Source: Nymphaea colorata (taxonomy: Eukaryota). From it: DNA of 64,000 bases. The stretch spans positions 32,736,001 through 32,800,000 of the forward strand of contig NC_045138.2 in the NCBI RefSeq assembly GCF_008831285.2, read 5' to 3'. The notes beneath the pieces were generated by a model. It had not been told where the DNA came from. It did not search any database and saw nothing but the letters and a program-made list of their open reading frames with translations. Shown here in pieces: positions 26,793 through 40,738 of this stretch (within the stretch, counting starts at the first letter, position 1; the number at the start of each line of letters is the position of its first letter). The position numbers and the translations under genes were made by a program.

Positions 26793-29585
26793 GATAAGAC
26801 ATAAGGTGTTCTCTATTCATGTTCTTATCAGTACTAACAATACATTATAAGATATAAGATGAGGCATTATCCTGTTGAACATCCACACATTCCACTCAAA
26901 AGCATAAAAATTAATTCAAGCAAGGATGGACCTTGTAAAAGTGTCAATGATAATCTGAAAGTTGAAAATCACACCACGTGCCAATTGATAATGTGATACC
27001 ACTTAACAAATCCACTGTCCTATATCTGAGAGAAACATAGAAGAATCGTTCATACAGGCGCACGAATGGGAAACTAAGAAATGTTGGAAGTATAGGAAAT
27101 TAAGAAATGGGGCCTTGCCTTACTGTAGTTCTTGTGACACTGGCTTCAACTGAGAGGGGAAAATAAAAAAAGATCCAGTATGAGCAGCAGAAAAAAGTTG
27201 TAAACAGACAAATCCAAGTGTCAACAAGCAGATGTTGTGCGTTCATATAAAGCACATAAAGTTGTGTGTCTCAAAGCCAAAAAAAGCCATTTTACTGTAT
27301 TTACAACTACAGATGCAGGCTTGATGTGTAATGCATATAGGAGGCCATAAGTTGAATGGACATGGTTTGCTGTCATAAGTAGAACAGCGTCGATGGCAAG
27401 AAGTCATGTGTGCCCATCCAACATGTTAGAGTCACTACCAGTACACTAGACGAGCACATGGGCAGGCATAATAACCTGGTCACCATGCTGAGAGAGATGC
27501 TCCATCACAAAAGAACGCTCAGTGCTGGACAACCCACAGTCCAATCAGCTGCATCCGAATGGAGTGAATCTATGCGGAACTGAACCAGAAACATGCAACA
27601 GTTGATGGCTGATGCACTCTCCACCCAACGTTGAGACTTCTTATCGAACAGGGGATACAGTAGGACACGAATTGCCAAAAACTATAAAATTTTGGGATAT
27701 TTTTCCAAATCTGGCATAAACTGTTGATTAGGATGGGAAGAAGAAAACTGGATCCACTTCCGCGGAACATGAAACCACACTGGGTAGCAAATTCAACTGA
27801 ATTTCATTTCCTACGGGTCTAACATTGTAGCTCATGTCTCTGCTTTCAATGTTCCACCCTACTGCAGCAAGTAGGCTGTGGAACCATTTGATTTTAGCTA
27901 GTCCCAAGTAAATCATATGGAACACAACGGAAACCACCAATATTAAAAGGACAGGAATTTGCTCATATCCGCTAGCCTGCACACTATCAAACAAATTGAG
28001 GTAATAGGCTCATGGTGCAACTCACATGTATCAATCCTTTGTCTTGCAATTGTTTCTAGCAATTCACTTGTGTTAAGAGGAGCGTACCTGAAAAGTTGAG
28101 AAAAAGTAGATGCCAATGAATGTCAACATACTAGAGTTTAATAAACACTTAAGAAGCTGAACTAACAAGTAATACTTGGAACCTATCTGCAAATGACAAG
28201 CTCAAGTAGAAATAATAGTGAATTCATTTACAGGAAATTATCGTTTCGGCAGAACCTTCAAGTGAAGATATCTGATCTACCAACATCCTTTTCATATTCT
28301 TTAACTAATTCTTGAGTATATTCAGAAGGAGCAGAACATATGAAAATTAAAAAGGCAATCATTATTGAAGCATAAACATAAGTAATCATATAAAGATGAA
28401 AAATGTTAAGAATAGGCAGAGTATCTCTAGTCTCTTAACACATGTTTCTCGCACCAACTTATTGGGTCACCTTTATGCCAGACTGCTTTACAGCAGGAAA
28501 ATAGAGAAAAGGGTACTGTGCCAAAGTCAAACACTTCATATGAAATAAGAATTCAAAGATCCAAAGTTTCAAGTTCGTCAATCCTTCTTGTCTACATAAG
28601 AAGCTGGATTCAATTCCAACCCAATTTACAAGAAGAAGAAAAGAACAAAGCAGCATGCTGTAATGAGATGCCAAAAAAAACAAAACAAGACAAATGTAAA
28701 ACCAAAAAAAGAGGAGAAGAAGAACAAAAAAAACCAGGTGCGAGCCTGTTACATGCCTACCTTCGAGCGGCCAAGATGGCGGTCCCACCAGATCCCCTGC
28801 CAGCAATCGATAGGCTGGTGACGCTAAGAAGGGGAGACTCACCTATCACTGGTGGAGAGAGCTATAGCTCTACAAGATGCGGTGTCGTGAGAGAAGGTGG
28901 TAGCAACACAGAGGAGAAGACGGAGAAGAGAGTAAGGGGAGCAGACGGAGAAGAGTGTCAGAGAGGCCAACGACGATGGCCAACCTGACCTGCTCGGCCG
29001 ACTTCTTGGGTCCCCTGCTGGGGGCCTCCGCGAATGCCACCACAGCCGAGTTGCTGGGGAGAGAAGAGAAGGGGGAAGAGAGTGTTCTCCTCTTCTTTTT
29101 TTTTTTTTTCTTTTCTCCTCTATGAAAAGAACGGCAGGGCCAGCAAAAGCAAGCAAAGATCGTTAAAAATGTCAAAACCCTCACCTTATTCATGAGCTGA
29201 TGAGGGAATCCTTCGAGTGGGGAAGCTTGTGGCAGTAGGAAGAAGGCTGCGGCTTCACGGCGCGTGAGGACGAAGAACGTTGCGTGAGGACGAAGAGGGC
29301 TGCTGCCGCGAGAGGCGAGTGAGGGAAGAGCAGCGATAAGGATGAAGAGCGCTGCGGAGGAGAGGAGGCGACACGCGAAACGCGACCGTGCCCTAACGGT
29401 CCAAAAAATAATTCCAGAAACATATTTCCACCCCTCCGGGTGGAATAATGTTTCCGGAAACATTATTCCGGAATCGACCTCAACGGTCGAAAATATAATT
29501 TCGCGTTTGATACGCAAGATTTTTTTTTTAAATTTGAAATATTATTCCGTTGCTACAGTATAATACCTGCCCATCAAACACTACC
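26398..29585. mobile_element. Non-autonomous PIF/Harbinger-type DNA transposon (3188 bp)
   Basis: Perfect 22-bp TIRs GGTAGTGTTTGATGGGCAGGTA (26398-26419) and TACCTGCCCATCAAACACTACC (29564-29585), flanked by TAA on both sides (26395-26397, 29586-29588). Subterminal GGAAA(T/C)ATATTTC-like repeats at both ends. No transposase ORF recognised. Confidence 0.9.
26737..26792. repeat. Compound (CT)n(AT)n microsatellite
   Basis: Direct reading: a TC run immediately followed by a TA run. Confidence 0.95.
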
Positions 29586-30080
29586 TAAAGTACAAGTTTA
29601 GTCATCCTCCAAAAAAGGAAACAAGTGCACCAGAACTTGGTCATTTGTGCACATGACCAAAGTTTTTAAAGTTTAAACCCTTTGACCCAGGATTCAACCA
29701 GGAATTAATTAAGTCATGACTCGCCGGATCAATTTGGCGAATAAAATACATGTACAAATTACAATATGTGTGTTATATTGTTGTTAATTTATTACAACAT
29801 TGATATGCAACATATAACATGTATAATAATGTACATGTGTGTATAAAAGGAAAACTTAAAATGAAAATTTTAGTAATATGTTCCCTACAATTACATTATT
29901 AGTATGTCGGTTTTTCTGTAATATAGTAAATTTTTGGTAATGTACTATAAAGAGTGTGTGTGGGTGTGTGACTTTGTAGACATGGTCATTACTTTGTATA
30001 CATGAATGACTCCATTAAACTCTGGGACTAGGCTAACTTGGCCAAAACACAGCTGTCACGGCCAAAACGTGAATCACTCA

Positions 30081-30390
30081 GCCTGGTAATTGGAAGCCAA
30101 GTCTTCCCATTTCCTGAATTTTCCATTTTATTGACCAGATCGGAGACTAAGCTACCAGGTCTTAGACCATTCAGTTGAATCGATCAAGTTATTAAACATG
30201 TATAAAAAATCAAGACAAAGATAAATGACAATCCTGCCTGGTAATTGGAAGCCAAGTCATTCCATTTCCTGAATTTTCCATTTTATTAACCAGATTGGAG
30301 ACTAAGCTACCAGGTCTTAGACCACTCAGTTGATTCGATCAAGTTATTAAACATGTATAAAAAATCAAGACAAAGATAAATGACAATCCT
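30081..30390. repeat. Tandem duplication, 2 x 155 bp
   Basis: GCCTGGTAATTGGAAGCCAAGTC...GATAAATGACAATCCT occurs at 30081 and again at 30236 with few mismatches. Confidence 0.93.
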
Positions 30391-30423
30391 GCAGAAATTA
30401 AAACAAGACAGGGAAGAGATAAC

Positions 30424-31533
30424 CTCATTCACTTGAACACAATTTGTGATGCGCTTAGCTCTACCAGCAAACTGGAAAGTCCCCCTTGTTTCATCAACAT
30501 GAACCTATAGATAGATAATTGATTGCATGTAACTATGAGCTTTAATGGAATTGATCAAAAGAAAATACTTAGAAAAACCAGACTTAAATTTTACCTCTTC
30601 AGATGCAACAATACAGAGAATGGAAGTCTTTACATTGCCACCAAGAGCAGGCTGAAGAATTGCGGTGAGCTTGCTATCACAGTAAGGAATATGTCCTCTG
30701 CAAAGATAATATACCAGTGAGAAATTAGAATCCTAATAATTATACCGCTAACAATGAAAATTTAAGAGGACAAAGGGCTACCTATGCCAGACCTTTTCCT
30801 AACACCACTATCACTAAGTCTGTTAATAACATTTCCAATGGCCATTAAGCTTTTATTATTATATTTCCCTTCCTTCAAACGTACACCACCAGCACCAGTC
30901 TTTGAATACGCTCTGAAACAGCCAAATCTACCAAATTCTGGAAAAAAAGAAAAAGGTTTGTATTTTAAACATCCAATATACTCCAAAACAAAAAAGAAAT
31001 ACTAACTATTATGATCTCATATGCCATCATACGAAACATATAGAAGATAGTTTCCAGAAGTGTGCTAGATCAGAAACCAAAACAGAGACACGGACAGCAT
31101 CTTCAGTTGACATATCCCCAAATGCCACAGATTCTTGCCCTCAGCTTCCTAAAGCCTAAATTGAATCTCAATATTAACCTCCATGGAGAAAAGTGTGGAA
31201 AGAGCTAATCATTAACCTCCACCTAACTATGAGCTAATCTCAACATTAACCTAGTACGTTGATTTTTGCATTATAAACCTCCACGTATGAAACCCGAATC
31301 AAAAACTCACGATCTGTTGTCTAGTTTCAGAAATACAAGCAAACATCAGAAGAGAGAACACCAATCTACCATTTTAAAGGTTGGTCTTTATAGCATTCTA
31401 GCAGTCAACATGACCACCAATGAATATGCGGAAAGACTTTCTTGGACAGCCAGATGGATAACTCCTGGATCATTTAAAGAACCTTACATTGTGAAAGTTT
31501 TACCACTGGTCTGCCCATAAGCGAAAACCGTTC
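30424..31533 (-). pseudogene. KIN7N: Kinesin-7 (KIN7N/CENP-E-like) motor-domain pseudogene fragment with introns
   Basis: Minus-strand exon remnants: GTVFAYGQTS-GKTFTM*GSLNDPGVIHLAV (~31430-31533; P-loop missing one Ser, in-frame stop), EDAVRVSVL (~31078-31140), NLVDLAVSERI/frameshift/KTGAGGVRLKEGKYNNKSLMAIGNVINRLSD (~30792-30937), [34 protein letters not shown] (~30595-30697) and VHVDETRGTFQFAGRAKRITNCVQVNE (~30424-30504). GT-AG boundaries are retained. Confidence 0.88.
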
Positions 31534-34500
31534 CTGCAATAATTGGGTACCACTTTTAGAACAGTCAAACAGCGTAGTTCTCAGGCATGAGACTTCCTAA
31601 ATAATCGTTAAACGTGCTTGTAGGGTTCTGTACAATGTAAGAAAAAGATTGACCGATCGATCGATCGATCACTAAGTGGTGAAATAGCGATGAGGGACGG
31701 TGAACTCTCTCTGGAAACCTCTCTATTGCCCTCGTCTTCTGTTTGTCGGCTTTCGATGGATCGATAGATCGGCGAGGCAAGGCCAAGGCCGATCGAACTC
31801 TTCTCCACTTCGTTCCTCTGTCTCTTGACCTTTTAGATGCCCCCCTTCCCTTCCAAGCAGTGGACCAAGCGATCAAGCAGCATCGTTCTTGTGGGTCAAA
31901 AATACCCTAATCAAAGCAGAAGAAACAGAAGAGCGAATGGAGGAGGGAGGAAACGTAGTCTTACTCTACCACCGTAGGCAAGTGGAGAATCTGGTCCAGC
32001 GGAGGATGATGGATGGGTCATGGGAGCTGCTGCTGGCAATTCCGAATGATGAACTGCGGCAACCCACGCCCGCAGTCTGCGTCCTTCTTCCATCGTCCGC
32101 GCCATCGAGGATCCAGCCTCGCTCCCAGAGAGAGAGAGAGCGTGCTTTCCATCCCTGGATCTCGCGGGAAAAAGAAGTTGCCTTTCTTGAAAGAGCAACG
32201 GTTGAGAAGTTGCGTTTCTTTAATTTTATAACTGAAGATTTAAAGGGTATGTACATAACTCAAAATTTTGAAGCAGCAAATACAAAATATTAAATCATTG
32301 CCGCTAATTCCCCGCCCAGATCAATAATAACAGAAATCCGGTTTGGTGCCTTATGTTTCATTCATGAATTAATGAGTTGCGGATAATTATGTGTGGGAAT
32401 ATCAATGGATCAGATTTGCAGATGTATCTTTCCATCTAATTTATTCGATATTCACTTGTTTAAATTCAACTTCGAAACAAACCTGAATAAAAAAGAGTAT
32501 ATATTATATTTGAATCCGACTTTTAATTTCACAATTAAACCCGAACCGGGATCCACTTTTAAATTCATAACCACATCTATTTAAAATTATGATATGTTCC
32601 AAACTAGTTTCAAGTTATATGGATATTCGATATAGAAACAGTCATATACTCTTTTAAACGCCAGTCGAATATCATTTCTTAAAATTGAATCAAAAACATA
32701 TATTTTCCTGATCAAAAACATATACCCTCCATTTTTTATTTTTAAATCAATTTAACATACTATAAACTAATTTTTAATTTAAATAAGAAGTTAGCCTAAT
32801 GGTCCCGTTTGTTAGACCTACATTTCATACTAAAAGCTAAATACAACATGCAAATTATGTACGTTTCCGTTATATTAAAAAAAGATTTCCGTTAATTCGA
32901 GAAGCGGAAAACAGTAGTTATAATTTCTTGCAATATTTTAAACTATGTATGTTTTTTTCAGTTACAATTTCTTGCAATATTTTAAACTATGTATTTTTCC
33001 TTTTCAACTGGCATACGGATTTGATAAAAGTGGAAAAACATAAAACAGTAATTTGAGAACATAATATTGAGAAAATGCATTTAGTTTTCTATAACTTCGA
33101 AGACGTGATCTTTATTAGAAAACTTGTTTCTTAAAATTATAACTAAAATTAAACACGAAAATAGAAGTAAGCCTTAAAAAGAATTGAACAGTATTTGTTG
33201 CCCAAATTATCGTGTGTGTGCGCTCTCTCTCTTTCTTGAAACCATAGACTTGATTATGAGCCATGGGAAACCACGGTTCTTGTCTCCTATTTCTCTTGTG
33301 GAAGACTAACTGTCAAGGAAACTGCCAAAAGCAAGGGGGAAAGAAAGTTGCCGCATTTGGTGAACTCGTGAATCAACTACAGGCTTTGGGCGACATTTTG
33401 TTCCTAAATCTGTTTCTTTTTTTTCACTTCGTTTATAGGAATTGACTCGTGAATCAACTACAGGTTGAAAAATCAATTGGTCTAGAAACTTCATAAATTT
33501 AAAAGGCTCATAACAATCATGTTTTCGTTGTTCGTCCATGAACTGATATGTGAATGTAATTGTTTGTGCAATACGCAAGATTAAGCATTGATTTTTGAAC
33601 CATATATGAGTACGACTGCATTTTCTTCTTGATTAATGGACCATTATTGACATGACCATCGCCATTACTGAGATAATTGAGTTCAAGGTTGCAGCATGCA
33701 TGAAGTGGTAGCCCCAGATCCAAAACATATCCCAAGATCCAAACTAGATCCAACATGGATCCATGTCCAAATCCAAATTATAAAACTGGACCCATAATAG
33801 AACTTTAGATCTAGATCTTGATCCAAATCTGAATTATGGACTCACTTGATCCCAATTTGTGCCTTTAATCTAATTCAGATCTGATCCAAACCCAATATTC
33901 AAAGTCTTCTAGATCCATATCCTTGTCTGGTTCCAAATTCTAAATCTAGATCCAAATTTAGATCCAATTCCTTGTTTTTAGTTTTTACCTCAATCCTTAT
34001 TTAAATCTAAGATTCAGAACTAATTATGAATTTTAGATCCAAATCCAAATATATTATTTTTTATCCATTCTATGATCTTGATCTAAATTCATCTCTCTAA
34101 TTTTCAAATCCGAGAGCTAAATCCATTTTCAGATCTGAATACAAGTTAAATGATTCCCAGTATCGAGGCATTATGATTGTTTTCCCAATACCAATAATTT
34201 TTAATTCAAAATTCTCAAAATAACCTTGATTTTTAGAAAATATCATTGAATTTCACAAAATGACCTTGGTTGTCTTGAAATATCATTTTTTTAAAATAAC
34301 CTTAGTGAATGCTGGTTTTTACGAGAACCTCAGTGAGTGAATGAGTGAGATGGAGGAGAGGTAATCGCAGCAATGGTACCAGAAAAAGACATGTCATCCT
34401 GTTAGAGTTTTTTTTTTTTTCGACCCGACAAAATACTCAAATAGGATTTTTGTTGATCCAAGACAAATTGTCAGTAAAAGTAAGCAAAATGTTGGTAAAG

Positions 34501-34958
34501 ATGTTTTGATAAAGTAACTGAACTGTCGGTTTTGACTTTTTACATTTGTTCTTTTCACTAAAGCGAAAATTTCGTGACCAGTTTGATGTTTTTATGACGT
34601 CATGTTTGCAATAGTAAAAACCGTTTTTGGGTGTAGATGAATGGCTCCCATCCATGCATAGAGAAACCAACTAACCATGCCACGTTCAACTCTGCGAGGT
34701 AACAGAGAACACGAATTTGTATCTTCTCATTTCTTGCACAAAGCCAGAACCACGTAAACTGGTGTCCAGTGCCACAACAAACTTTAGATGCTTCAACACA
34801 TTGTAAAGCCTCCAAAATTTTCCTCAAGCGAGATGGACACACCAAGTTGAATATGATAAAATACTCAAATTCTTTAGAGGATTCTAATGCAGAAAGCATC
34901 CGCACATTTTCTGCTCCCAAACAATATCTCATACTTGAAAGTTCAAAAAAGAAGGTGA

Positions 34959-36344
34959 TCATCTTGGAAGTGCTGCTTCAATGTCTTGTAACCTAAGAGT
35001 GACTGCCCTCTTGTGAGCCTCAAGCCCTTCAACTTCAGCCATTTTGGCGACATATGGCCCAAGCTTCCTCAGCCCTTCCTCTGTTAAGGATTGAACCGTG
35101 ATATACTTAAGGAAAGAATCCAGTGAAACCCCACCATACATCCGTGCATACCCATACGTTGGCAGGACATGGTTTGTTCCACTAGCATAATCCCCGACGC
35201 TCTCAGGTGTCCATTGACCCAGAAATACTGAACCTGCCACGGAGATACACGGCAACCTATGAGCAACAAAATATGATAGTAATGGTTGAATACTAATGCA
35301 CCAAATTCAAAAGGTTTTTTTATCAGCCAAACAACTGAACAGGACACTACACATTCACGAAATACCCCAAGTTGAGCAACGCAGAGGACTATCCATTGCC
35401 TGCAAATCTAGTTCAACTGGGGACAACTACATCACATGTTAAAGTCCACTTGATGCAGAGACTTCATTCCATAGAAGGCAAGCTTCTTTGTGGTAAAGAA
35501 GCTTGAAATATAGAGGACAGGAAAATCACACCAGCTTCAACGACAGTAATGTCAACCACAGTTTGGTTCTGAATTACATACAGACCAAGACACCCAGAAG
35601 GTTCTCTCCTTACCCAAAAAAAAATTGTATGCAAAAAAGGAACTTGCAATGCCAGAAAATTTATTTGAAAAACAGAATGATATTTTAGTGAAAAGAACAT
35701 TGTTGAGATTGCTGACCCGAGGATGCAAAGTGGTATTCTTCTCAGATATGTTAACGTGTCTGTCATTCTTATGGAACATTAAAGCATGCCAGAAAATAAT
35801 ACCTGCATTCTCAACTAATCCCTCCCACTTTTCTGCATCCTTGACGTTAATAATTAGATGTTCTGGTGCATAAAGATTTGCAAAAGACATAGCCTGCAAC
35901 ATTCAAAACCAACATGAACAAAAATGTTGCAAATTTAACTGAACATACCAATCATAATCAATTCAAGGTTCCAAGCTCACAAATAATAAGCCACTTAGAA
36001 TTGCATTCAGTGGCGCAGCCAGAAATTTCTGGCTAAGGGGCATTATTATTTTAAGTTTGAACTTCGAAGCGTTAGGGGGCACTCATATAAATAAAAAAGA
36101 ATAAAGTATCACTATGTAAATAAACCAAATTTAGTGGGCAGCCGCAACATGTCTCCGCCACTGGATGCATCAGTTTCTGAAGCAAGCAGTTGCTCCAAGC
36201 CTCCAATAGCCAACAGAACCAGACCCAAGTTACTACCTTCCTAGCTAAGTCACATGAGTACAGGTGCGGTTCAGGTACGGGTACGGAGGTACGGGTATGG
36301 ACGCGGTAACTTTAGAAAACGTGGGTAGGGGGATAATGGCAGGA

Positions 36345-36390
<46 letters not shown>

Positions 36391-39300
36391 TTATATACAC
36401 AAATAATATAAAATCAAAATGAAAGCAACATTTAAATAAACAAGTGATTTTAAATAATAACATTACATGTTCATGAACAATAACTCTAAAAGCATAATGA
36501 AAACTGAGTTGAAAAAAATAAATCACGTAAAATTAAGCCGTTTGGATCGGTTTTGAACTAAAAAGTACCGAAATGTATCCAAGTACCCACTTTGGGTATG
36601 AGTACGGTGACAGAGGTATATGGACCTTATTAAAGTACCCATGTGACTTAGCTTCCTGACCTATAATTCAACTCACTAGAAATTTCAGAAAGCAGTTTCA
36701 GGTGTTGGCTGACCTCCTGCATGTCTTGGGTGCGCACAGTAAAACTGTGGCTTAGTGCTTTCGAAGCAAACTCCCCACGAGGTAGATTGTCACACTGTTT
36801 TCTGATTTCCATGTCAATAGCATCCATATCAACATCACCAACAACAACAAGGACAACTTGGCTATCTGGCCCATGCTCAGCCTAAATTTCATAAAACATA
36901 CAGAAATTGGGTTGGTTGTTAGTCTGGGCATATTCAACCAACAGCACAACAAAGTGTGAGGATATATCTGACAGTAAACAAAAAGGGATATGCTAATGAC
37001 ATCTAAAAGCAAGAAAAGAAATGATAAAAGCAAGCAATGAGCAAACATAACCTGAGAGAGCAAATCAGCAGCAATGTGAACAGGGTTAGCATGTTTATCA
37101 GCAATAACCAATACTTCTGATGGGCCAGCAGGCATGTCTATGGAAACCATAGCCTCACTATTCTGGAGAAAGAAAAGAACACAATAACAAGGTTCTTTTA
37201 GTCATCAAGCAAAAGAACCTTCAACCTTCAACATGTAACAATTCTTCTGACAACAATAAACAAGATCTTTGTTATCTTCAAGCAAAAATAGCTTCAGCAT
37301 ATAACAGCAAGATACTTCCGAAAAGGAAATTAAACCTCAGAAAGGAAAAATCAAAGAATGTTTTATGAAACTTTAGGAAGCATAAGCAACTTAAATGCAT
37401 GGAATTGGTAGAAAATCATGAACAAAGAACAAGACACAAAGCATGAAGATTGTGAGCCATTAGAGAAATGGAACGGCTCACTTTTTTTTTTATATAGTTA
37501 GCATCATTTACTTAATTCAAAAGTAGAAATGAACCCCTGCATGTACACATTTACTTTGCAGTTTTGTAAGCATGCTTTCCTAGCATATATGCAGTTTTAC
37601 AAAGAAAGAAGCAGAATCCAGATGTAAGAGAAACATATATGCACTAAATTAACATGGGAAAAACAGAGCGTCTCAGATAAAACATACTATGATTACTTCA
37701 CATATTACATCTTAAGCAGAATTAGAAGATGAACATACTTGAAGCATCATTTTTGCAGCTGTCACATACTGATTTCCCGGACCAAAAATTTTTTCCACCT
37801 GAAAATCACAGCAACGCAAATTTATCAAGATTACTGCAAAGAGAAGTCTGCCCTCAACTGTTAAATTGTGCTGGATTTAATACCAGAAACGGTACAAATC
37901 CTTCGTCAGAGTATCAATTGATGACTAAAACTATACAAAAACACAGAAATTTATGCAAGGTAACTGTTTCATGCATCAAAATATTTGCACAAAGCACCAA
38001 ATGAAAACTCCTTTCACTTGTCAAGCACTTCAGGTATCAGAAATAGCTGGAGGTTCAGCCAAAGACTCAAAATCATTGAAATTTACGAACAAAGGAGATA
38101 AATTTCGATTTGGTAAACAGAAGTCATAATAGTCATAAGAATAAGTCTCTACCTTGGGGCAAGATAGAGTCCCCCAAGCCATAGCTGCAATTGCCTAGTA
38201 AAAAGAAAAGGAACAGACAACAGCTATACAATACTGTATAACAAAATACTATTGAAATCGTATAAGCTTGAAAGACTTCTTTTACTTGAGCTCCCCCTGC
38301 TTTCAGTATGTGTGTAACACCAGCTTTCCTAGCGCAGTAAACAACCTCCTGTAAGTTGACCAATTGATTAGATTAAATATCGCAGGAAAAGATAAACGCA
38401 GTAAGTTAAACTATCACCTTGCAAACACTGCCATCACGACTTGGAGGTGTTGCAAGAACGACAGTTTTGCATCCAGCAATCTGTGCAGGCTGGTGAAGAG
38501 AAGAAACAAAGTGTCAACCATATCCATCCATGTGTGATCATTTTGTCACTCTCAATAAACACGATATCACCAAGATCATAAAACAGAATTATATGGAACA
38601 TCGAAGTCCAGTGCAAACATGGACTATAACAGCTGAATAGCACCATAAGAAATGCAGGAAAAAGTACCACAGATAGCATTAACGAAGTTGAAGGTAAAAC
38701 AGCAGTTCCTCCTGGAACATACAGGCCAACAGCAGAAATACACCTTGCCACCCGCTTGCATCTTACACCCTATCAATGTTCATATGACCTCAGTAAAAAG
38801 TGAAGGAAAACAAGGAGATGCTTGCATAAAAAGACTTACTTTCATGTTCTCAACACTTTTCTCAGGAGCTTTCTGAGCAAGATGAAATGCATATATATTG
38901 TCGTATGCCACATCAAATGCTTCTTTTACTTGTGGATCAAGCTGGAGATTAAAAAAAAACACACAACTAAATCTTCAATTATCAATTGAAGAAACAAAAT
39001 TTTCTTTGGATATGCCTCTCTATTGTTTCAGAAAGAACAAATGAGAAAGAAAATGAGTCCATCCTGAGGCACATTGTGTCTATCAGACTAGTGACAAGTG
39101 TTAGCAACTTATCCTACATTTTTGTTGAAAATGTTTAGGAAATATAATGAATGTAACCAATTATGAGTTAACATTCACAATTATAAAAGAGAACCTTTGG
39201 CTCAGGAAGATCAGCAACCCGTTCCACTATCTTATCCAAAGCTGCTCCATCAAAACGAGCAGTATAGCTAGAAGAAAAGGACACAGAATCAGAGTACTGT

Positions 39301-40707
39301 GCTAGATAAGAAAAAAGTAAAATGTACAGAAAAACAACAGTCAAAACCAGAAAAAGGAGAGTACTAAAAGAGAAGAAGTCAAAAGTAAGATCTACTAACT
39401 CTATGACAGCAGCATCACCTCTATTTCGCACATCCTCCACAATGGGGGAAACCTAGTTCAGACACGTAAATATAGACCCTATCACTTCACAAGCTAAGCT
39501 GTAAGAGACCAGAATGATTTTGCATCTAAAATGACATTAGGGCTCACAATGTTGAAAATAGATGAGAAATCAATGCGAGGGCGAGCCTTTAGACCATTCA
39601 ATTCTGCATTGCTTAGCTCAGAGAGTCTGTAAGACTTCATTGAGCACCTTGTGTTGACAGGCTTAGAAGTTGAACCTGTCACAACATTATGAAATAAAAG
39701 CAATGAGAAGACGAATCGGAAGAGAATACAATGATTAACTGATTAACATTGCAAAGTACTACAAACAAATTCTTAATCTAGACAAATGAAAAAATGATGC
39801 AGCATTGAAAACTTATTCTACTCCACATCATAATACCAGAATTTTATTTTCAACATTTCAAAAACTAGAAAACTATCTCAATGATTCATAAACCAAGACA
39901 AGCACATCTATGACGCAGATGCTCGGCAAAAACCATAATAGGACTGGTCTTGGGTTTCTAGGAAACTGATCAGTGAGTGAATTTTTGACAAGATGATCAG
40001 ACCCAAGATCTATCAAGTCAAGACAAAATTCTAGAGTTTATCATATCTGTAACTAAGCCTGGGCATCGGGCCGGGCCGGGCCAACCCGGCCTGATAAAAG
40101 AATCCAAAATTGAGCCCGATTATTGTGTCGGGCCAGCCTGATACCCAGCCCATTAATAATCGGGCCAGGCTGGGCCGACAATTAATCGGGCCAGGCTGGG
40201 CCGACAATTAATCGGGCCTCGGGCTTGATCTTATGCCCGAGGCCCTGCCCGGTCCGATCATGGGCCCTGAGGGACGAACTGGGCTTCTTGCTGTGAATCT
40301 CCTTTTTCTAAAGAGAGAAGCATCAAGAAGAGGCAGGTTTCCTTCTTCGGCCACTGGTTTCTGAAAAGAGAGAGGGAGGAAGAGTATAGAAATAGAGAAG
40401 GCAGAATGGGGTCGTCGTCTAATGGCATCGACGCATAACAGCTACCTCCGCCAAATCAACACCACCGGCTCCTCCCCCACCGATGCCCTCCACCACCACC
40501 GGCTCTTCCCCCACCAACGCCCTCCATCACTTTGGCTCCTCCCCCACCGATGCCCACCACCACCACCGGCTCCTCCCCCACCGATACCCTCCATCACCAC
40601 TGCCGTTCTCTTCAGTTGCATAGCAGAACGATGGTTGATGGGGGAGAAACAATGAAACCAGAAAATGAAATGAAACCAAACCAAAACCCTAACATAACTT
40701 AATTTTA

Positions 40708-40738
<31 letters not shown>

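Noticed and set aside
28459..29563. Long overlapping ORFs (up to 215 aa) in the Harbinger element
   Set aside because: Low-complexity GC/AG-rich sequence open on both strands, with no DDE or Myb motifs.
31565..32293. ORF cluster upstream of the kinesin fragment
   Set aside because: Does not match the expected kinesin N-terminus and resembles GC-richer UTR or TE sequence; no product can be supported.
33700..34140. Degenerate GATCCAAAT(C) repeats (also ~32400-32630, ~63120-63230, ~63740-63810)
   Set aside because: Probably decayed TE subterminal repeats; no ends or TSD could be defined.
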